DNA from: Candidatus Calescibacterium sp.
Lineage (GTDB): Bacteria > Calescibacteriota > Calescibacteriia > Calescibacteriales > Calescibacteriaceae
Length of the DNA stretch: 64,000 nucleotides
Direction: 5' to 3'
Assembly (NCBI GenBank): GCA_032249135.1
Contig: JAVVGL010000002.1
Location: 64,001-128,000, forward strand
Position numbers and translations under genes: made by a program. This document shows positions 58,238 to 64,000 of this stretch, one piece after another. Within the stretch, counting starts at the first letter, position 1. Every line of letters begins with the position of its first letter. The notes beneath the pieces are model-generated. The model saw only the letters and a list, made by a program, of their open reading frames with translations, did not search any database and was not told where the DNA came from.

Positions 58238-59203
58238 TCAGTTCACAATTTCTCCTTCTGATTTCTTTACTAAATCTTTTATCATTGATGAAAGTATTTG
58301 CTGAGGTATATCTGAAAAATATTTTATTACCATTTCAGCTTTGACTTTATCTCCATCTTTTATTATGTAAAAAGGTATAACAGAATATATAAAAGCTTTT
58401 TTTCTCAAAGAGAATATAAGCTCATTTAGTTTTTCCTTTTTTATAATCACTGAAATTCTGTATTCGTCAATTTTTTTTGTCTTACCAAACTTCTGTAATA
58501 TATAATTTTCTATCTCTTCTTTTATTTCATCATATGGTGGAGTTGAGAGGAAGAAAAATGTTTTTGAAAAATCTACTTTTTCCATTTTACCTTTACTTGA
58601 AATCTCCCCTTTTATTTTGATAGCAAGATAAGATGGTTGGATAAAATCTCCTTTCTTTTCATTTAGCTCACATTTTATATTCGCTGATATCTGAAATCCT
58701 TCAAGCGCACTTTTTATTATCGGTTCAATATAAGAACAATCAACTGAATATTTTGGTTCTACTGGCTCCCCCGTTGAAATTATCCTCACAAGCTTTTTCA
58801 TGTTAAAAACCAAAGAAACCACTATTTCTATCCCATCTGGTTTTTCTGATCTACTATCTATTGAGAATTTTTCAACAAAATCTGATGGATCAATTTTCTT
58901 TCTCTTTTTTATCTCATCTTTTTTTCCCTCACTAAATGGAAGTAGCTCAAAAGCTTTTTCTAACCCAAGCGATGATGCTCTTTGTAATATATCATTGTAT
59001 GAAGGCGGAGAATCAAAGAGTAAAATCAAGCTGAACTTCTCTATTTCATCCGGATAATATACCTCTTTTTCGCTGATATTTTCCTCTTTGGTCTTATTTT
59101 CAGATTTCAAATCAATATGTAATAAGAATGTAAGAATCGCAGTTGTGATAGAAATGATAATAATTTTCCTTGTCAGTCCAATAATCATTTTTTTAGATTT
59201 CAT
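58238..59203 (-). CDS. Hypothetical membrane-anchored protein
   Basis: 321-aa ORF, N-terminal basic plus hydrophobic anchor, start overlaps hflX stop (ATGA). Confidence 0.7.
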   Translation of the reverse strand: MKSKKMIIGLTRKIIIISITTAILTFLLHIDLKSENKTKEENISEKEVYYPDEIEKFSLILLFDSPPSYNDILQRASSLGLEKAFELLPFSEGKKDEIKKRKKIDPSDFVEKFSIDSRSEKPDGIEIVVSLVFNMKKLVRIISTGEPVEPKYSVDCSYIEPIIKSALEGFQISANIKCELNEKKGDFIQPSYLAIKIKGEISSKGKMEKVDFSKTFFFLSTPPYDEIKEEIENYILQKFGKTKKIDEYRISVIIKKEKLNELIFSLRKKAFIYSVIPFYIIKDGDKVKAEMVIKYFSDIPQQILSSMIKDLVKKSEGEIVN

Positions 59204-60348
59204 ATTGCAGATTTCGGTATCTGCTCTGAATTTTTACTTTGACTTTGCCCCCGAATTTCTTCTCCTATTTTTATTATTCTCTCTTTAAGTTCTTCAAGAC
59301 CTATTTTTTTCAAAGCTGAAATAAAAATTGCGTCTTGAAATTTCTGTTGAGCTTGAAAGATTCTTTCTTTACTCACCAAGTCTATCTTATTAAAAACTAT
59401 TATTCTTGGCTTTTGTTCATCTACTGAAATTTCTTGTAAAACTGATCTTATTGTTGAGAACTGCTTCTCATAATCTTTACTTATATCAAGAACGAAAATT
59501 AGAGCATCTGAGAAAACTATTTCTTCAAGCGTAGATCTAAAAGCTGAAACGAGCGAGTGCGGAAGATTTCTTATAAATCCAACTGTATCAGATATTAGTA
59601 TTTTACCATCCTCACCACCAAATCCTTTTAGCGTTCCTAATCTTGTTTCAAGCGTTGTAAAGAGTTGATTTTTAATTTGAACATCTTCTCCCGATAAAGC
59701 ACGGAGTATAGTTGATTTTCCCACATTTGTATATCCTACGAGAGAAAAAGTCAGGAACCCTTGTTTTTTCCTTCTTTCTCTGTGAATTTTTCTTGTTTTT
59801 TTGATTTCTTCAAGCTCTTTTTCTATTGCTCTTATTCTTGCAAATATATGTCTTCTGAGCTCTTCCGTCTTTGGTTCACCTGGACCTCGTGTTCCGAGCA
59901 TACCTCCAAGTTGCGACATCTCCTTTCCCATTCCAAAAAGCTTTGCCAACCTGTATTTCAGTTCTGCAAGTTCTACTTGAAGTTTTCCTTCCCTTGTTGT
60001 AGCTCTTTCTGCAAAAATCTTTATTATGATATATTCTCTATCAACGACCTCTTTTTTTGTTATTTCTCTTAAATTCACTATCTGATTTGGTTTCAAGATA
60101 TCATCTATTGCTAATATATCTATGTTGTTTTTTTCTGCTATCTCCTTTGCTTTGCCCTTCCCTATAAAAAATCCGGGATCAGGTTTATCTCTTTTCTGTA
60201 TAATTTCCTCCACTATTTCTCCTCCAAGATTTCTTATTAATTCTTTGAATTCTTCAAACGATTCTATTTTTTCAGATCTTGACCTGATTTTTGGGATAAT
60301 CGTTGCTACACAAAACTTTTTACCTTCATATCTTTCCTCAATCTCCAT
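59200..60348 (-). CDS. hflX: GTPase HflX
   Basis: IGKGK, EGKLQVELA, GTRGPGE, GYTNVGKST, LFTTL, DTVGFI, NKID. Confidence 0.96.
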   Translation of the reverse strand: MEIEERYEGKKFCVATIIPKIRSRSEKIESFEEFKELIRNLGGEIVEEIIQKRDKPDPGFFIGKGKAKEIAEKNNIDILAIDDILKPNQIVNLREITKKEVVDREYIIIKIFAERATTREGKLQVELAELKYRLAKLFGMGKEMSQLGGMLGTRGPGEPKTEELRRHIFARIRAIEKELEEIKKTRKIHRERRKKQGFLTFSLVGYTNVGKSTILRALSGEDVQIKNQLFTTLETRLGTLKGFGGEDGKILISDTVGFIRNLPHSLVSAFRSTLEEIVFSDALIFVLDISKDYEKQFSTIRSVLQEISVDEQKPRIIVFNKIDLVSKERIFQAQQKFQDAIFISALKKIGLEELKERIIKIGEEIRGQSQSKNSEQIPKSAI

Positions 60349-60467
60349 CCAAATATAAAATTATTATTTTTTGTGAAAAATTTTATGCTGCGAACAAATT
60401 TATCTCTGTAATAACGAAAAGTCAAAATTTTGGTTAAATTTAAAATAATAAGTAGTATAAGTAAAAC

Positions 60468-63146
60468 ATGATTATTGGTACCTATATAACAAGAAAAAAA
60501 CTTATCTCTCACTTAATTTTTTTGCTCATATTTATCGTTGTATTTTTCGGAATGGTTTTGAATTCAGGTTGTTCCAATAAAAAGGATGGGAAAGGGAACA
60601 ATAGAGGGAACGGAGGAGATAGTTCTCAGTGTAGCTCCAAAGTTTCCTTTTTTCCTGAAAAAGTATCCGGTGAATCTCCTCTCTCTGTTACGATTGAGGC
60701 AAAATTTGAGGGGCAAAACTCAAAGGGGATAACCTATATTGCAATTGACTTCGGAGCGGATGAATCTGATGATATTGATATCAAAGATTTTCAGGAAAGC
60801 GGAACTAATTATTTCTCATATGACCTGGTTTACTCATCCGTTGGAACTTTCAGAGATACTTTCAAATTCTGGTGGAGTGAAGGTAATAGAATTTGTTCAA
60901 AGAGTTTCACAATAGAAGCATCTGTTATTTTTTACTGTCCAACTCCCCAATTTGAAATTTTCTCTTTGGAGTCAGTGGGTAAGGGTGTTAGTATTACTTT
61001 TCGTGTTTTAAATTTACCGTTAGAGAAAGTTGATTTCTTTTTAGGGTATGAAAACTTACAAAAAGTTCAATGTACCAGAAATCCAATTTTACAGAATGCA
61101 TGTAGTGTTTTTGTTCCACTTCCGGGATATGGTGATTGGTCTATATGTTTTTATGCTCAGTCTTGGTGTGGCAAATCTTCACAACTTACATGCAGATCGG
61201 TTTTGGCTTCGTATGAGCTATCACCCCCTCTTATGTCATACTACATAAAAGATACTCGGCGTTCTTATTTATATGGAGCAACAGTTGCTTTTGAATCTGA
61301 ACCTTTTATATCTTTGCTATCTTATGATGGAGAGCTTGCAGTAAAGAAAAGATTTCTTATGGGTGATAATATACTTTACTCTGATATTGATGGTGATGGA
61401 GTTTGGGCACTAATTCAGAGCGGAGCAAACTTTATAGTAAAATTTACATCTTTTTCAGGTGTAGAGAAAACAGTTATATCTGAACCGAACCTTTATGGTT
61501 CAGTAGCTTTTGATGTCTTTTCTGTCGGAGGGAAAAAATATTTAGCTATCGCAAGAAGCTTTGCAGGAGGAGCTCCCGGAGATATTTTGGTCTATGATGT
61601 CACATCTTATGAAGCTCATAATCCCATATGCCAAAAGTCAATTAGCTCTGGAGCAAGTACAATAAAATTTATAAATGGCTATCTTTTTATCAGATATCCA
61701 CAAAGTATTCTTGCGACCAAAATAAATTTTTCCTCTGATATATGTGATTTTCCTCCCAATCAACCTCCAGAATTTCAACCAGGAGGTGGAACATTTTTAA
61801 ATTTCCTTGATTTTGAATGGGATAACCAAAGCACCTATGCGGTTGGAGTCTGGTCTTCGTTTGAATTCAATTACAAAAACAAAGTAAGCATATTCAAATT
61901 CTATTTTGGACCGGAAAGATTCTCAAATGTATCAGCATTTGATGTTTTTCCCGGGAAAAAAATTCAGGTATTAGCTTTAAAAGTTTCACCACAAGCTATT
62001 TCCCGAGTTGCAATAGGTTATAGGAATGAAGATGACGGCAGATACTATATTAAGCTCTATGACATATTTGAGGGAAAATCTATTGGTTCTGTTGAGGGAT
62101 TTGAGATAGTTTTTGAACCAAAATCAATTGTGTTTTTGGATAAAGATAGAGTTTTAGTTTTTGGAGCTAAACTCGCTTCTTTAATTGATTTCTCCTCAAA
62201 CCAGAAAAAAATAGCAAGGATATCAGGGATTTCCCAAGATGCAAAACCAGTTTTCAATAAACTAAGCTGTGAAACTTCTGAATTTTCAATGCTTCTGCCA
62301 GATGGCGGAAGCGTAGCTGAGCTTGATATTTCTCCGATAGTCAAGGGAAGCGGAGCGGTGCGCCCAGTAAATTTCTTTTCAGGTGTGCCAGTTCTTCTAA
62401 CGCAAGACCAAGATAGGAAATCTTATGCTTTATTCCAAGCAAGTTCCTCCTTTTATCTTTCAGACCTCACTCGCTCTTTCCATATAAGCTTTGAGGGAAG
62501 TGATCCCCGAGCTCTTGCCGTTGGCTATAACTTCTTTCTTATAGGAGGAGGCGGGCTTTGGCTCTCAAAAAGAAATTGGAGTAGCTTTTTGGAGTATTCC
62601 AAAATTCCGGCAAAGAAAATAATTTATCATCCCTCCGGAAGATATTTTTTTGTTTTTTCAGGTTCGGGAATAAATGTTCTGAAAGAAAGTTCCGATAGTC
62701 TTGAAAATCTTGGATTCTTTCAGGTTGATTGCCAAGATATTGCTTTTTCTCTTTCTGATGCAGATATAAAAATGTATTGTTTGAGGTCCTTTGGTATTAT
62801 TGAATATAGGTTTGATGGGACAAGTTTTATCAAGCAAAGGGAAAGAGCTTTCTTTTTATCGGTAGGTAATATAATAGATTCTCAATTTTCAAACGGACAC
62901 ATATTTTTTGTTTCTGACTTGGTTATTTCTCATTTTGCAGGAATTATAAACGCAGAAAACTTAAAAGTTGTTTTACTATATCCTTTGGGTGAAGATGCAA
63001 AAGCATTTGGAATATCTTCTTTTAAGCACTGCTCCGCTGATGCGTTTTTCTTTTTTGTTTTTGGAGAAATGCCAGTAAAAAATCCAGAAACAGGCTTTGA
63101 AGTAAGAAGAGATTTTCTGCGTGGATTTAAAGTTTTGTATTTTTAA
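60468..63146 (+). CDS. Large hypothetical lipoprotein, Ig/PKD-like N-region and probable beta-propeller
   Basis: Lipobox LNSGC, Gly-rich linker, SGESPLSV PKD-like start, several Cys pairs, long beta-strand-rich region. Confidence 0.75.
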   Translation: MIIGTYITRKKLISHLIFLLIFIVVFFGMVLNSGCSNKKDGKGNNRGNGGDSSQCSSKVSFFPEKVSGESPLSVTIEAKFEGQNSKGITYIAIDFGADESDDIDIKDFQESGTNYFSYDLVYSSVGTFRDTFKFWWSEGNRICSKSFTIEASVIFYCPTPQFEIFSLESVGKGVSITFRVLNLPLEKVDFFLGYENLQKVQCTRNPILQNACSVFVPLPGYGDWSICFYAQSWCGKSSQLTCRSVLASYELSPPLMSYYIKDTRRSYLYGATVAFESEPFISLLSYDGELAVKKRFLMGDNILYSDIDGDGVWALIQSGANFIVKFTSFSGVEKTVISEPNLYGSVAFDVFSVGGKKYLAIARSFAGGAPGDILVYDVTSYEAHNPICQKSISSGASTIKFINGYLFIRYPQSILATKINFSSDICDFPPNQPPEFQPGGGTFLNFLDFEWDNQSTYAVGVWSSFEFNYKNKVSIFKFYFGPERFSNVSAFDVFPGKKIQVLALKVSPQAISRVAIGYRNEDDGRYYIKLYDIFEGKSIGSVEGFEIVFEPKSIVFLDKDRVLVFGAKLASLIDFSSNQKKIARISGISQDAKPVFNKLSCETSEFSMLLPDGGSVAELDISPIVKGSGAVRPVNFFSGVPVLLTQDQDRKSYALFQASSSFYLSDLTRSFHISFEGSDPRALAVGYNFFLIGGGGLWLSKRNWSSFLEYSKIPAKKIIYHPSGRYFFVFSGSGINVLKESSDSLENLGFFQVDCQDIAFSLSDADIKMYCLRSFGIIEYRFDGTSFIKQRERAFFLSVGNIIDSQFSNGHIFFVSDLVISHFAGIINAENLKVVLLYPLGEDAKAFGISSFKHCSADAFFFFVFGEMPVKNPETGFEVRRDFLRGFKVLYF

Positions 63147-63200
63147 AGTTTTATATTGAAAACTTGATTTATGCTGAAATTGTTTATATTTTTTTTCATT

Positions 63201-63998
63201 TTACATATATATTTTGAAGTTTGTTCCTATTCTTATTCTGCTCCAAGAAAAATCAGGTGAGTTTGAAAAGTTTCCTTCAAGGTAAGTCTTTACTATTTCC
63301 CACAAAAAGAAATCTTTTTGCAGGTATAATGCAGGGGATATAAACCATATTATATTGTTTTTTCTTCCGGAGAAATCTTTAGGGAAAAGCATTATTGATG
63401 AAAAGCCTGCCATTGAAATTCCAATCTCCTTTACCCGAAAACTTATTTCTGTATAGGGTGATATAAAAGTTTCAGAGAATCTTTCATCTTTTGCGAATCT
63501 TTTTCCCAAATTTATGTATCCGAATATGCTAAAAGTATAAATTCTAAATTTTTGTGTGTATCTTGCAGCTGAATCTAAAAATGTTATTATTCCTTGTCTT
63601 CCCTCTATTTTGTTTTTTGTTTCTAATTCAAAATTAGCTCCTATTACGAGAAAGTTTGTGATAGAAAAATAAGGAGATAATCTGTGAGATAATGAGAAAA
63701 CTTCAAGGTCATTTATTGCCGTAATGAATGAATATTTTGTTCCAAACTTTCCTATTTCAATTCCAGCTGATGAGCTCTGATAAAAGAACATCGGGGTTCT
63801 TGTATTAAGCTCAAGATTTTCTGTCATAGAGTAAAATTCTCCTCCTCCTTTTATCTCAAAAAAGGGATTATACTCTTTGCTTTTTAGGAATTCAAATCTT
63901 GCGTTCCCCAGAATATTTGACACTATATCCCATCTTTTTTGCATATCTTGACCTTCAAACACTATCGGATACCCTTTTGTTGAGAAAGAAGAATTTAG
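63201..63998 (-). CDS. Putative outer-membrane beta-barrel protein, 5' end beyond window
   Basis: Frame open to the window edge; alternating aromatic/polar strands ending RIRIGTNFKIYM. Confidence 0.55.
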   Translation of the reverse strand, partial: LNSSFSTKGYPIVFEGQDMQKRWDIVSNILGNARFEFLKSKEYNPFFEIKGGGEFYSMTENLELNTRTPMFFYQSSSAGIEIGKFGTKYSFITAINDLEVFSLSHRLSPYFSITNFLVIGANFELETKNKIEGRQGIITFLDSAARYTQKFRIYTFSIFGYINLGKRFAKDERFSETFISPYTEISFRVKEIGISMAGFSSIMLFPKDFSGRKNNIIWFISPALYLQKDFFLWEIVKTYLEGNFSNSPDFSWSRIRIGTNFKIYM

Positions 63999-64000
63999 GT

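Overview
AT-rich (roughly one-third GC by eye) chromosomal segment of a diderm, flagellated bacterium with Glu/Lys/Ile-rich proteins typical of thermophiles. GspN, an RpoH-like sigma factor and a MYXO-CTERM-like tail suggest a deltaproteobacteria-related lineage (inference). It holds about 60 CDS, mostly housekeeping, and three tRNAs (Asn-GTT, Cys-GCA, Gly-CCC). No rRNA, CRISPR array, integrase or intact IS was seen. The most striking property is architectural. (1) Normally operonic genes (nuoB, nuoCD, rpmI, pntA, ftsW, flhA, fliO, fliQ, pyrK, grpE, glyS, infA, fabF, hisC, argH, gspN) stand alone. (2) Many lack a Shine-Dalgarno and carry a TANNNT -10 box 4-9 nt before the ATG, which suggests leaderless mRNAs. 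(3) At least nine gene junctions carry short tandem duplications, mostly of 18-21 bp period and often copying a stop codon. (4) A TCTGA/TCAGA word recurs at gene 3' ends, where hairpin terminators are scarce. Accessory material comprises a start-less DUF2283 remnant, a tandem pair of retropepsin-like proteases behind an orphan gene fragment, and an islet (about 36.6-39.9 kb). The islet carries a disrupted surface lipoprotein with an xIT(G/A)R pentapeptide array and an Rpn-family nuclease with a candidate internal antitoxin start. All family calls come from motif recognition by eye; no database searches were run.
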